Origin: the human T2T-CHM13v2.0 reference genome, Homo sapiens
Reading direction: 5' to 3' (one strand)
Length of the DNA stretch: 64,000 bases
Assembly: GCF_009914755.1 (NCBI RefSeq)
Contig: NC_060938.1
Position numbers and translations under genes: made by a program. The notes below the pieces were generated by a model. That model saw only the letters and a list, made by a program, of their open reading frames with translations, searched no databases and was not told the DNA's origin. Below, piece by piece: positions 1-16,063 of the stretch; the first letter of the stretch is position 1; every line of letters begins with the position of its first letter.

Positions 1-568
1 GAGGCTTCCTTTTGTATTGTGGACTTTCTAAGCTGGCCTCCACTTTTCCTTTCTCTCCTGTTTCTGTCTTTTTATGCTTTTATCCTGCTTTCTAGAAGAC
101 ATTCTCAACCTTATTTCTCCAACCCTCTGTCAGATTATTTCCATGATCACATGTTTAATTTCTGAAAGTTCCTGTTGTTGTTTGATGGCTGTAGAGTCAG
201 TCTTCTCTCATCTCCCTAAGGATGTTTTGGAAGTTTCTTCTCCCTGCCTGGTCTTTGTATGTCCCAAGTTGTGTGTTTTCTGTCTAGTTCGCCTTTTACA
301 TGGCAGAGGCTTTCTTCAGATGTTGGCAGTCCCCTGGTTGGAAGAGTGAGGCCCAGCAAGGCTGACTGGAAGCCCTGAGCACATGCATGGAGCCTGTGGG
401 CCCCGCGGGTCTCTGACAGCAATCTGGCTGGGCTGCTGGGTGGGGAGTCGTTGCTTTTAGCCTTCCAGGGCCCGCTGAGTCCTTGCCATGCATCCCCCAC
501 TTTCCAGCTTCCAGAATTGTATGGCTGCTTCCTCCCCTCATTCTCTCTGTCCTTAGGAGATTTGAACC

Positions 569-860
569 TTTTTTCTTTGAGATGGAGTCTTGCTTTGTCA
601 CCCAGGCTGGAGTGCAGTGGCCCGATCTCAGCTCACTGCAGCCTCCCCCTCCTGTGTTCAAGCAATTCTCTGCCTCAGCCTCCCGAGTAGCTGGGATTAC
701 AGGCGCATGCCACCATGCCTGGCTAATTTTTGTATTTTTGGTAGAGACAGGGTTTCGCCATGTTAGTCAGGCTGGTCTCGAACTCCTGGCCTCAGGTGAT
801 CCGGTCTGCCTCGGCTTCCCAAAGTGCTGGGATTACAGGCGCGAGCCACTGCGCCCGCCC
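569..860 (-). mobile_element. AluS
   Basis: Full-length antisense Alu consensus. Confidence 0.95.
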
Positions 861-2211
861 CGTTTTTCTTTGTTTAACCCATTCCCTCTCATGGTAGTGG
901 TGCTTGAGAAGGGAGTGAAAGAGTAATTGTGTGCTCATTATCATCACTGCCCAGAAGCTTCTGGCTTCTTCAGCGCCCTGCAGGTGACTCTTGCACATAC
1001 CCAGCGCTGAGCACCATGGTGCAGCTCATCCCCTTCACCTCCACGGTTCTGGTATCACAGTCTTCAGAGTATAGCCACTATTTTCCTCTAAGCCTCTGAA
1101 CATCTTTGAGTGGTATTTAGGTGCTGGTGGGGCTGCCTGTTACACTGTAAGTTGTTCCGTCAGCACAACTATGCTGCCTGCAAATGAAGGTATGAAACCT
1201 CCCCAAACTGCTGTCTAATGGTGTGGGATGGAACCAGCTCCCTTTGAGAGAAACTAAATTGTTTTTTGCCACTTCCTTTAATTTTTTCCATGTTGCCTTT
1301 TTTTCCTATACCTCCATTTAAACATCTATTGTTTTTGAGCTCTCTTCTTCAAAACTTGCTTCTAGGAACTATTACCCCTCTTCACCATATTGAACTCTAA
1401 GTCTTTTCTCTCATTCTGGAAGGCCATGATACCTAGAAGTAGACCACAGGGTTCTAACGGGGTGCCCTGGGTCCTGCAGCAGTCCCCTCATCGTGCTTTA
1501 ACAACTTATGACCCAGTAGTTTAAACAACGACCTAGGGAAGCTTGTCCCAGCCTGCCCTGCGTGTGCCCCCAGTAAAACCATGAGCGGCAGGAAGGGGAG
1601 CCCCTCGCGATGCTTGCCATGACCCTAGAGGAGCAGAGCCCAGAGATCATCTTTAGGGACCTCTCCCTCTGGGCTGCACTCATCCAGAAGGTGCTTCCCC
1701 GAGCCTGTCTGTAGAGTCAGCCACAGAGCAGGGCGATGAGCTATCAGAGACCAGGGTGTGTGCCACTGGGTCCAGCTTCTGCTCTTCTTGTCTCACAGCA
1801 ATATTTGAGTCCTGGTGCTAGCCATGGCGCAGTCGTTGGGCTGGTATCAGTGACAAGGTCTGGAGGGTAGACAGGAAGAGTGGCCAGTTGGCTCCACCAG
1901 CCCCTGCTCAGGAAGGACAGAATGTGACAGGCACCCAGGAAACCTGCTTCTGAGCGTTTTCTTTAGCGCACCCCCTACAATTAGCAGATGCAGCTTCTTG
2001 CTGGATTCTGAGGTCACACCTCAGACCAGATGTAGAGGCCCAGCAGTAACTGGAGTCAGTGCAGAAGGACCCACCACGGAGAGGGAGAGGCCTCTGACAG
2101 GCCAGAAGAGAGCAGCAGTGGAGCCTGTTTCTGTCTGGAGCCCTGCTCTGCTGGGCCAGAAGTTTCCAAATGTTTTTTAGCAGTGGGACCCATTCTTCAA
2201 ATTAAAAAAAA

Positions 2212-2372
2212 ATTTTTTTGAGTTAGGCTCTTGTTCCGTCACCCACGCTGGAGTGCAGTGACACAATCTCAGTTCACTGTAACCTCAACCTCCTGGGCTC
2301 AAGTGATCCTCTTACCTCATCCTCCTGAGTACCTGGGACTACAGGTGTGTGTACAAAATACAAAAAACACTC
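2212..2372 (-). mobile_element. Partial old Alu (AluJ-like right arm)
   Basis: ggagtgcagtg...ctcctgggctcaagtgatcctc...gggactacagg. Confidence 0.85.
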
Positions 2373-3318
2373 CCAGCTGTCCAGCCTTAAATAAAATCTT
2401 GTACATAAGCCAGATGTGTTCAACAAGTAACAGCAAAACTGGTCCCATGAAACTGCCCCTTCCACAGGGGCCCTGAGGCACCTCTGCAAGGCCAGGGCCC
2501 CACAGGCGCTGCTGGAAAACTGCTGGTCTTCGGGCCAGTGAGGACAGAGAGAGAGCTCAGCACAGCAGGCCCCGGGCAGCCATACCCACCTCGTACCACG
2601 GTCAGAGTCTCGAGGAGCCTCAGAGATCATGGTCCCCGGCTCCTCCAGCTAAGGACACAGACCACGAAGAGGAGGTCCTCCTAGTGTGTCAGCCCTGGCT
2701 CTGAGAATTTACCTTTAATTTAATTCTAGACCTATTAACATGGGTATCGGGTTTTTAAGCCCATCTGAAATTGGGAAGAATAGACCAGAAGCAGGAAGAG
2801 GGTCTGCTACAGGGAAAAAAGAACTAGAAAGACCAAACAGAAGTCAGAAAGTACAGCTACCACGGGGCCATGTGACAAATGGCCCAACCAACCCACACGC
2901 CTCAGCGCCCCCTGAGGCTGCACGGATAGACGGACAGACACACAGCAGCACCATGAATCCTTGAGGGAAAGTAAAGCTCAGCATGTGTCAGTCTTTACGG
3001 GGATTCAAGGTTAAAACAGGGAGGGAGAGAGACTTGGAGGGAAAAGAAAAGGCAGTGTGGAAAGCACAAATGGCCGCCTGGATAACCGTGGTTTGTTTGG
3101 GTTAGGATTATTTCCAGAGGCGTCTTTCCTGGGGCATTTGTGCTGCCGCTTCAAAAACCCTCGGTCCACCCTGGTATTCCTGAAACATTCCTGCTGAATT
3201 TCTTCCAAGTTCTGATAAGTCCATGCCAAAATGGTCTGTCTAGATACATGTTTCCTTTGGCTGTGAAATCTTCAGCATGTTTTTGTTTTTCAGCCTGGGT
3301 TTACCACATTCTGACTGA

Positions 3319-5085
<1,767 letters not shown>

Positions 5086-5238
5086 GTTCCAGAACATTCT
5101 TATCCCTCAAGAAAGCCCCTAGCAATGTGAAGCCACTCCCCATTCCTCCTCCCTCCTCTCTCCCAGCCTGTAGCAGCTGCTCACCTGATTTCTACCTGGG
5201 ATTTTCCTCTTCTGGATGTTTCATAGAAATGGAATCCT

Positions 5239-5713
<475 letters not shown>

Positions 5714-6786
5714 TCAGCCCCAGACTTCTGGTACAAACCAGGGGACAGCTAGCCGCTCTTGCACTCAGCACAGCTAACAAACCAGCAGTGCCAGGCTCAG
5801 CCGGGAGTTCTTTTGCCTCCAAAGAAAGGCTTGAGAAGAATCTACACTAACTTTAGTGGAGGCACTTACATCAGTGCCTCCACTAAAAATAAAGCAAAAA
5901 CAAGCAAATCCAGGTGACAGTTACAAAAAAAAAATACAGTGAGTTTATAAAATAAATACAGCAAAGGTGTGTTGAGACCGCCAGTGAATCAGGTCACTGT
6001 GATGAAAGCCGCACAGCAGGTCTGTGTGTTAACCCCACGCGGCACCTTCCTTGGTCACTGTGAGCAAACAGTGGAATTCCCTGCTCCCAAGATCCTGTGC
6101 TGCTTCCCACTGGCACCACTCTCAGACCGTAAGAAATCGGTTTGCTCCAGAGGAAGATGATGAAGTCATTTGCTTTGAGGTCCAGTGATTATCATTGTTT
6201 CTGACCTAATAGAAAATCATCCCTCACTGATGCCCAGCCCTGCTGGTCTCGAAGCCCCTCACAGGCATCATGTCATGACACCCAGGGTGTGCCCAGAGCC
6301 CCAGCAGGCAGGACTGCCAGGCAGGGCTAGGACCAGGCCTCTCTGTTACTAACCTAGAGAGCAGTCAGCAAAGCAACCCCCGAGTTTGCCAACTTTTCAA
6401 GCGTTGGTTTTTTGTCTGTTGAAACCTCGGTGTATTTTAGCAGAGGCGCCTTCCCGAGTCACCCGACATCTGTGGCTCGGGGTCATGATTGCCGCGACCA
6501 CCCGGGGTGCTGAGCTCCGCCCCGGCCTGGCGTCTGCTCTGAAAAGGTCCAGACTCAGGCAGAGCAGACACCCCAGGGCCACTTTGCCAGTCCTTCAGCA
6601 GGCGCCATGGGCTCCTCCTCCAAACCTGTTCCATCGGCCTCTTAGGGCCTGCCTGTACCACCAGCCCCTGGCTTATTGCACCAGCGTCCGGAACGGGGTT
6701 CTTGTTCTACCTGCCCTTCCCTGCAGCTTGTCCTCACTGCAGCCAGAAGGGTCCTCAGACGACATGTGCTAGTTCATATCTCTCCT

Positions 6787-7416
<630 letters not shown>

Positions 7417-9309
7417 TTTCCTCTTTTCACACCCTTCTGGCAGCTTCCCACGTCACTCAGAATGAAATCATACTTCTTCCCTCAGCCTGAAGCCTGCCAT
7501 CAGCCCTAGCAGCCACTCTGGCCTCACCACTGGGCTGCAGCCTCCCAGCCTCCTTGCTGCAACCCTGAGCTACCCTCAGTTCTACACTTGCTGGGGCTGC
7601 TGGGTACCTTCCCTAGGTGTTGGCAGGATCACTGCCCCTCCACTCCAGGCAGAGTCAGGGTGTCCCTCTGGCCCTTCTCTCTGTTACGCAGTATGGCATT
7701 GGTTTGTCCGGGTTGTGCCCCACCCTCCCCAGTAGGATGGCAGTTCTGGGTGGGCAGAAACAAGTGTTTTGTTTGCAGTTGAGGTTTCCCCAAAACCCAG
7801 CATGTGTGGGTGCTCATTTGTCGAACAAATGATCACATGCCTCCAATTAGAGGTGTCCAGGAGACAGCTGGTGTGAGGCCTTGGGCCACATGAGCCCTGC
7901 CAGTGGTAGGGGTGGTATGGTGTACCATGGAACCCAGTCTGGGAAATACTGGGTAAAGGCATGAGGCAAGATGATAAACCTGGAAAGATGTGTCCAGAAT
8001 GACTTGCTCTTCCTCTTTTAAAGAGCATTTACTGGTGTCCCCATGTGCTTTTCGTCAGACTGTGCTCTCCCACCCTCTGAGACCTGGCCTCCATCCCTAC
8101 CCCTTCCTGAAGCCCTCCTGGGCTGTCTGCAGGCTGGCCTCTCACCTAGAGTGAGGGCCCTGCCAGGGAGTGCCAGTCCTCCTTTCGGAGAGAAGCCACT
8201 ATGCCATGAGCTTCCGTCGTGTAAAGTCAGACCCAGACAGCCCAGGCCCTGGTGTCAGGAGTGTGGCAGCAGCCAGGGCCGGGGCTCTCCTTCTCCTTCT
8301 TGGGCCAGCCACTGGTCACACAGGTGCACTCAAATTGGGAAGCTCTGTCATGCTGTGCACTTAGGATTTGTGTAGTTTTCAAATGTATATTTTCCTCCAG
8401 TAATACAAAATAGAGTTTCTTTTTATTGGATAAAAGCGGGTGAGGGGCTGGGGACGCAGAATGTTTCTGAGGGAAGCAGGTGGTCAGGGTCCATCCTCCA
8501 CGCACCTCCTCAGCATCGGGCTGGGCTGGAGCTGGGCAGACGTGGCCTCCTCCTGCAGGGAGCTCCCAGGCAGCACAGGGGCCCTTCCCAGAGGCCTGGC
8601 AGGCAGCGTGAGTGGGGTTGTGAAGGGTGGGCAGCAGCGTGCCAGGTGAGCAACGCGTGAGGGGGCGTGTGTGTCCGGAAGGGACGACTGGCAAGGCCAG
8701 GGTGAGGCTGGGCCCCGCTTGCTCTTCCCACCATGTTCTGTTCTAGCGGCTTCTAGTAAAGGCTGTTAATGGGCGGAGGCTCACATTAGGAGGCAGAGCC
8801 CGGAAGCGAGAGAGCCAAGGGAGACAGGGAAGTTTTATGTTCCAGAGACGTTGCGAGGTGATGGAGAGAAGAGGAAAGGGATGCGGGGTAGCCATCCTCT
8901 GCCCGCTCACGAGCACTTCTCCGCCTGCCACCGTGCTGCTTCCAGCGCCCATCTTTCTCTATCTGGAGACCCCTCAGAGACTCCACTTTGGTCCTTGCTG
9001 TTCTTGCCCTTCTGCTGAAGCACAGTCATCTCCTCCTCTCTCCATCATTCCCGTTGTCCTTGACTTACTATTCAAAAGCTAGCTGCTTCAAACCACAGCG
9101 CGTCTCAGCTCTGGGCCAGGACTACGGGCAGTGTGTGGGGGAGTCCTGGCTCTGCTCCACCACGTCGGGGCCCTGGCCAGTGGGCTGAATGGCGAGGCCT
9201 GGGCCGCTTTTCTGTCTTCTCCACGCGGCCTTCCGAGTGGGGAAGGCGGGAGCCTGGCGGGAGCCTCTCCTCCACATAGCCTGGTGGCCTCAGCCTCGGC
9301 CTCAGCTGG

Positions 9310-9509
9310 CAGGCCTCTCCCCTCCCTTCCCTGGAGCCCCTGCATCCCCTGGAATGGGGGCTTAGCCTAGAACAGCGCTTCCCCAAATCTGCACCTCTGA
9401 ACCCCAGGTCCATGGAATGGAAATGGATGTGATGTATGGAAAGGGGGTTCCATAGCCAAACAAGTTAAGCTAAGTTCAGAGGGAAGGTGGTGAATAGAAA
9501 TCCCAAACA
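9310..9509 (+). repeat. Arm 1 of a 200-bp non-Alu inverted duplication (partner 11232-11432)
   Basis: Hand alignment to the reverse complement of 11232-11432 gives 8 substitutions and 1 indel. Confidence 0.95.
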
Positions 9510-10113
9510 TCTGATCCCAGCACAGCTAGCGGTGGGGACTTGCCTTGAGTGCGCTCCAGGTGGTCCCTGGGGACTCGGTCCTGGCACCCCTGCCCTCCTG
9601 GATTGCATCCCACAGCCCTGCTGGCCGCCCCGCCCCAGCCTCCCTGCTGTGACAGGGGCAGGGGCTGCGGTGACCCTGCAGCACAGGCGCGGCTCCCTCG
9701 GATCCCTTGGATCTCACCGGTGCATCTGAGGTTCTGCGTGGAAAGTGGCTCGGGCTTCCAATGCCGCTCTGCTTTAAGCTGGGACCGCTGTCCAGGGTGG
9801 TGCCCAGCCTTCTGGCATCTGCCATCCAACCCTTCCCTCTCTCCCCTCAGTGGCCCTGTGTCCTCCGGGCATCAACCCTAATGCCACCTCCTCACCTGAC
9901 CACCCACTGCCAGTTGCTCATTTTATTTCCTGGTGGTGCCTCCCATATCTGAACCTAGCCTGGTGCTTACGTCCAATTGCCTGCTCTGGTGCTACCTGAG
10001 AGCCCCATCCAGCCCACTCACGAAGGCTTCCAGAGCCTGTGCCTGTAACTTGGGCAAATGTGTGGAGTGAGCGACCAAAGGGCTGAGGGAGCAGCGAAGG
10101 GAGCCCCTCGCTA

Positions 10114-11122
<1,009 letters not shown>

Positions 11123-11231
11123 TTTTTTAAAGAGAACTTTCTGACAGCCAGAATCAGGTGGGGGCAGGAGGGAGGGGGTGGCCCTGTGCCTGTCAGTGTT
11201 TTGGCTGCGGAGCTGCGACCAAGTCTGGATG

Positions 11232-11432
11232 TGTTTGGGATTTCTATTCACCACCTTCCCTCTGAGCTTAGCTTAACTTGTTTGGCTATGGAACCCCCTT
11301 TCTATACATCACACCTATTTCTATTCCATGGACCTGGGATTCAGAGGCGCAGATTTGGGGAAGCGCTGTTCTAGGCTAAGCCCCCATTCCAGGGGGATGC
11401 AGGGACTCCAGGGAAGGGAGGGGAGAGGCCTG
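11232..11432 (-). repeat. Arm 2 of the 200-bp inverted duplication
   Basis: See arm 1. The ORF track shows the same peptides (RPLPSLPWSPCIP, PWNGGLA, MVNRNPKH) on opposite strands. Confidence 0.95.
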
Positions 11433-12880
11433 TGATCACTCTGCAAAGCAGGGCTGGGTGGGGAGGCCGGGCGGCTGGGGAAGAAACCTGCCATGTCTGG
11501 GAAGACCGGTTGGTCCTTAGAGGACCTAGCAGCAGCAAAGGCAAACACTGGCTCAGGCAGTGGTGACTGGTGGTGATGTGCCGACAAGAGCGGCCACCGC
11601 CCCGTCCTCCTTGCTGCTCTGTCTCTCCATCCTCCATGTCCTGATCCACTGGGACTGGCCCTGGGGCTGAGGTGTGAGACTTGGTGCCCACGGGAGGCAT
11701 TTCATACATGCGTTCATCAGCCCACAGTTAGGGGCCCCTGCCCAGAGCAGCCGGCGGGTGAGGATGCGGGCAGCCTGGAGAGGGCACCTCGATCCGGGAG
11801 GTGCAGGTGGAGGGAGGTCCCACTGCCTGAGGGCCCTGAGAGTGTCTGGCCCCGGCAAGTGTGTGACACGGGCACTATGACAGGAGCACTGTGCGGCCAG
11901 AGTGTGGCACAGGGCATCCAGTGTGATTGTATTCACGGCAGCCCTGAGCACAAAGCAAGGAGCAGGAGATGTGTGGCGGCAGCGAGGGATCTGCCAGTTT
12001 CCACTGGGTGGCCCACTCGGTCCCATGGAGGCCGACCAGGAGGGCAGGGACCCAAGACCACAGATGTAGCAGGGAAGACTGTGGGTTCCAGAAAAGCAGG
12101 CAGTGCCAGGCAGTGGGGGACAGCCAGCCCCTCGGGGCTCGGGTCACCCACCAGCACTGCTGGTGACCAGAGGCCCAGATCCTCCAGACAGTGCTGTGCT
12201 CGCGGGCATGGAGGCCTGGTCCAACTGAGGGGTGGGAAGCCCTGGGGCAAACTGGAGTTGCCGGTGGACAGCAAACAGGACACTGGAGGGACTTCCTCCT
12301 GTCCTGTGAAGAGCAGACAAAGGACCGGAGATGCTGAGCATGGACAGAGGCTGCCCAAGGACCAGGGCAGGGCGGCAGTCTTGTGCCGCGGCCTGGTCAA
12401 CGCAGATGTTGCCTGCCCGGCAGCACATTCGGGAGGACAGCTGTGCCTAGAGGAGAGGGGCCTCAGCTGAGCCAGGATGGTGAGGGCAGCACAGGCAGGT
12501 GGCAGGGGCTCCTGGGCTGGCGTTTTTGTTTCTCACAGTGCCCACCATGGTCCTTCACAGCCAGGTCCGCCGCATCTCTCCTCTCATTCCTCCACTCTCT
12601 GTTCACCTGGGCCATCCCTGCCCTTCTTGGCCTCCTGCTGGAGTCCATGCTGGTATCTGCTGGGCTGTCCCTCAGTCTGGCCCACCTGACATTCTGGAGA
12701 CAAGTGACCATCTCCCCCGTGAGACTGGCACTAGGGGCAGGACGTGGCCTCTCTGCCTCCTGCGGGGCCCACACTGGCTGCTGCATGCTGCCACTAACAT
12801 GTCCCCAGTTCCGGAAGTCTCCTGTCCTTTCTCTTGTCACCCAACTCCTGCCTTCCCTGAAAGTCCCTTCCCGCTTCCAG

Positions 12881-13022
12881 CCCGCCGGGGTCAGCTTGGT
12901 CAGCGTCCATTCCAGCCCCAACGACCAGATGCTGTGGGTGCTTGACAGCAGGTGGAACGTGCACGTGCGGACCGGGATCACCGAGGAGATGCCTGTGGGG
13001 ACCGCCTGGGAGCATGTGCCAG
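12881..13022 (+). CDS. TECPR2: TECPR2 third-to-last coding exon (TECPR beta-propeller repeat region; PAGVSLVSVHSSPNDQMLWVLDSRWNVHVRTGITEEMPVGTAWEHVP)
   Basis: Polypyrimidine tract plus ttccag acceptor ending at 12880. Donor CAG|GTAGGA at 13023. The exon is 142 nt (phase 0 to 1). The peptide has tectonin-repeat character (W..D, R.G.....P.G..W). Confidence 0.95.
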
Positions 13023-13471
13023 GTAGGAGCCTGCAGACAGGGCCTGTGGTGCCGGCCAGCCGGGGCTACCATCACTGGGGGCTGCTGGGCGCTCCCTCCA
13101 GGCCGCTGTCTGTGAGGCAGCCTTTGTGCTGGGGCTGTGCTGTCGCCGCTGCTTCCTGGGCCAGGGGACAAGCCTCCCATCATGTTCCTTATCAGGGGAA
13201 CCCAGGCCGTCCTGCTGGTGCTTTTGTGGGAGGGCAGTTTGCACACTGCCCAGGCCCTTCTGTCCTTTGACTTCTGGCTTTCGGTGGCTTTGCTGGCCCT
13301 GCCAACTGGTCGTCCTTTCCCTCGGCTCCTGCCCCAAGCCCAGCCCATCATGGGCACTCCGTCCCCGCAGGGACCCTGGTGGAGGTGTGCAGCGTCACAA
13401 GAGTCGGCTTGGGAAGCAGCGGCCCATCCCGTCCATGGCAGGGGCTCAGGAGGGACCCTGTCTGCCCACAG

Positions 13472-13621
13472 GGTTGCAGGCCTGCCAGCTGGCGCTGAGC
13501 ACCAGGACCGTGTGGGCCCGCTGTCCAAACGGAGACCTCGCCCGGCGGTACGGCGTCACAGACAAGAACCCCGCCGGGGACTACTGGAAGAAAATTCCCG
13601 GCAGCGTGTCGTGTTTCACAG
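13472..13621 (+). CDS. TECPR2: TECPR2 penultimate coding exon (GLQACQLALSTRTVWARCPNGDLARRYGVTDKNPAGDYWKKIPGSVSCFT)
   Basis: Acceptor cccacag ends at 13471. The exon is 150 nt (phase 1 to 1). Frame continuity with the last exon requires the GC donor CAG|GCAGGT at 13622. Confidence 0.93.
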
Positions 13622-14004
13622 GCAGGTGCCCGGGGCCAGTGGGCTTAAGGCCCCTTGGGGTTCCCAGGGCTCCTGTGGACGATGTCGGGGGGCTCTCAAA
13701 GAAGCCGACCCCACTGGGCTCCAATCTCTCAAAGCAAGAACTGAGGGCAAAGCCAGGAGTGTGTCCCAGGGAGGGAAGGGGCTGGACACCTGGGCTCTGC
13801 CAGAGTCTCCTGGGCAAGGACAAGGTGCTGTTGACATCCACTTACAGCTGAGGGTACGAAGTTCACATGGAGATGGTGGCTTGTCCAGTGTCCCCCACCT
13901 AGAATGTGGCAAGCCCAGACCTGCGCCCAAGCTCCCAGCTCCATCTGTGCCCACCCCACAGGCTGTGTGATTGACAAGTATGTGATTGGCTCTTGTCCCT
14001 GCAG

Positions 14005-14159
14005 TGACTGCGTCAGATGAGCTGTGGGCTGTGGGCCCGCCCGGCTACCTCCTCCAACGGCTGACAAAGACGTTCAGCCACTCGCACGGCACCCAGAAGA
14101 GCAGCCAGGCCGCCATGCCCCACCCTGAGGACCTGGAGGACGAGTGGGAGGTCATCTGA
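14005..14159 (+). CDS. TECPR2: TECPR2 last exon, coding part (VTASDELWAVGPPGYLLQRLTKTFSHSHGTQKSSQAAMPHPEDLEDEWEVI-stop), with C-terminal LIR motif
   Basis: Acceptor tcttgtccctgcag ends at 14004. TGA at 14157-14159. Acidic residues followed by W-E-V-I match the known TECPR2 C-terminal LC3-interacting region. Confidence 0.95.
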
Positions 14160-14755
14160 AGGAGCCCTGGCCGAGTCACGCGGAGGGGCCCGGCGTCTGT
14201 GGCGGGCACAGGGGCTTCAGAGTGACTCCCTGGTGGACGCGCTGCCTCAACACTTGTCCAGACACCTCTGGCCAGGTTGGACCCGCACACTTACTTTCAT
14301 CTATGTTGGTTTCTGTCTCGTTCCAGAACCCACAGCCTCCACCCGTGGCTGGCGTGATTGCTGCAGCAGTGGCGCCTCCTAGCTCAGGACAGTGGCGACT
14401 GCCCGGCTGCATGCACTCCGATTACCCACGTGCTGCCGTCCTGGTCTCATCCACAGATAGCTCCAGCTTTTGTTGGTGGGAGTGGTCTCCGGAGGCCTCC
14501 CAGAACCAAGGGTAGCCGGGCAGCTGGTTTGGCCCAGGGCCTCCTTCCACATTAGTAGCCCCAGGGCCAGATGGAGCCAAAGGTCAGCTCTCTGCAGCGC
14601 GGGATGTGCTCGGTGATGGCTTTGTCCCATCATAGGGGGGTGTCCCCCCAGAGACAAAGCTGCAGAGCACATTCCATGCCAGACGCTCTGGCCAGGAAGC
14701 TGAGGCCGGGCTTGAGAGGAGAGCGCTGGCCATGCCAGGAGAGAACCCACGCACA

Positions 14756-14968
14756 TGCACACCACAACACACAACACACCTCACCTCACACCACAGCACA
14801 CCTCACCACACCACACCGCACTGCACCATACCTCACCACATCTCACCACACCACAGCACACCTCACCACACAACACACCACACCCCACACCGCACTGCAC
14901 CGCACCGCACCGCACCGTACCTCGCCACATCTCACCACACCACACCACACCACACCTCACTGCCCACA
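14756..14968 (+). repeat. Degenerate pentamer tandem repeat (CACCA/CACCG/CACCT)n in the TECPR2 3'UTR
   Basis: Directly visible CA-rich array. It produces the spurious P/H/T-rich ORFs in the track. Confidence 0.9.
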
Positions 14969-16057
14969 CACGGCGCAGGCTGCCCGCCTCCTGGAGAGCA
15001 CACTTCAGCTGAAACAGTAAAGCCTGATGGGTGCAAATGGAACCTGGATGTGTGCACGTGTGTCCCAGGTAGGGACGGCACAGGAGGGTGCATGGGGCGT
15101 GGGGGAGCTGAGCAAGGGTCGCTCACTTAGAAATGTCTTTGGAATGGTGTTTAACTAATGCTGCTGGCGGACATCCTAAAACCAGATGCATCCTCAGAGG
15201 ACGAGTCTACTAATTATTGCCTTTGTTGTTGTATTACAAATCTGCATAAAATACCTCATTTCAAATCAAATCTTACAAATTTAGAAGAGAGATATGTTTT
15301 CCGAAAACAGTGGAAGCCCTTTGTTCCTTCCCGGGTTTGTCCTGAGCCTGCACTGTCCTCGCCTGCAGCCTCAGAGGGGCAGGCATCCCCGCACAGACTT
15401 GACTGGCAGGGCGGTCACGGGACCTGCGGGCTGGCTCCGAGTGGCAGCCCATGCCTTCTGCGGGGTATGGGTTGACACTTGACAGGTTGAAACCAGTGCC
15501 TCTATGGACGGCTGCTGTGGCCCCTTCAGACAATGGGCAGTGCCCACCCCGCCCACTGGCATCTGCGTGTGAGGGCTAGGCCGCCCTGCCACACATCCCG
15601 CCCCCTCCCGGAGGCAGCTTCAGGACAGGACACCAGGCTGGCTGCTTTTTTTAGCCTGCCCCTGGCCCAGGCCCAGTCCTTGGTGTCAGGGAGCCCCCAG
15701 GCCGCAGGTGGAGGGTGATAAAATATGTTCTCTGACAGGACCCAGCCAGCCACATAGGTGGAGGTTTTCCATGTCCAAATGAGGTCAAGATGCCGAAATC
15801 CCAGATCTGACTTCACACTTCCCTTTTCTAGAACCTTTTGTAAAAGTTGGTGGCAGCAGAGGCAGCCCCAGGCCCGGCTGCATCTCTCTGTGTCTGTTGT
15901 GCCTTGCCCGGCGCCTCACGGATGGCAAAGCTCTCCTCACCCATGGGACTGTAGTGCAATTAAACCCGCGTCTAGGTGATGCTTTTAAAGTTGTAGCTTC
16001 GTGCTTTGTACAGTTTTCTTTCTGGTTTTAATTTTTAGTTGTGCTTTGAGTCAGTGC

Positions 16058-16063
16058 AATAAA
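16058..16063 (+). terminator. Proximal poly(A) signal of TECPR2 (alternative 3' end)
   Basis: AATAAA preceded by T-rich sequence and TGTA motifs (15990-16050) and followed by GT-rich sequence (gtgtggtg at ~16089). Confidence 0.6.

Noticed and set aside
12383-13970. Long ORFs of 295, 241, 277 and 244 aa
   Set aside because: They are TECPR2 exons read through into GC-rich introns, or off-frame and antisense shadows. Splice sites define the real coding parts.
14571-15130. His/Pro/Thr-rich ORFs
   Set aside because: Translation of the CACCA repeat in the 3'UTR.
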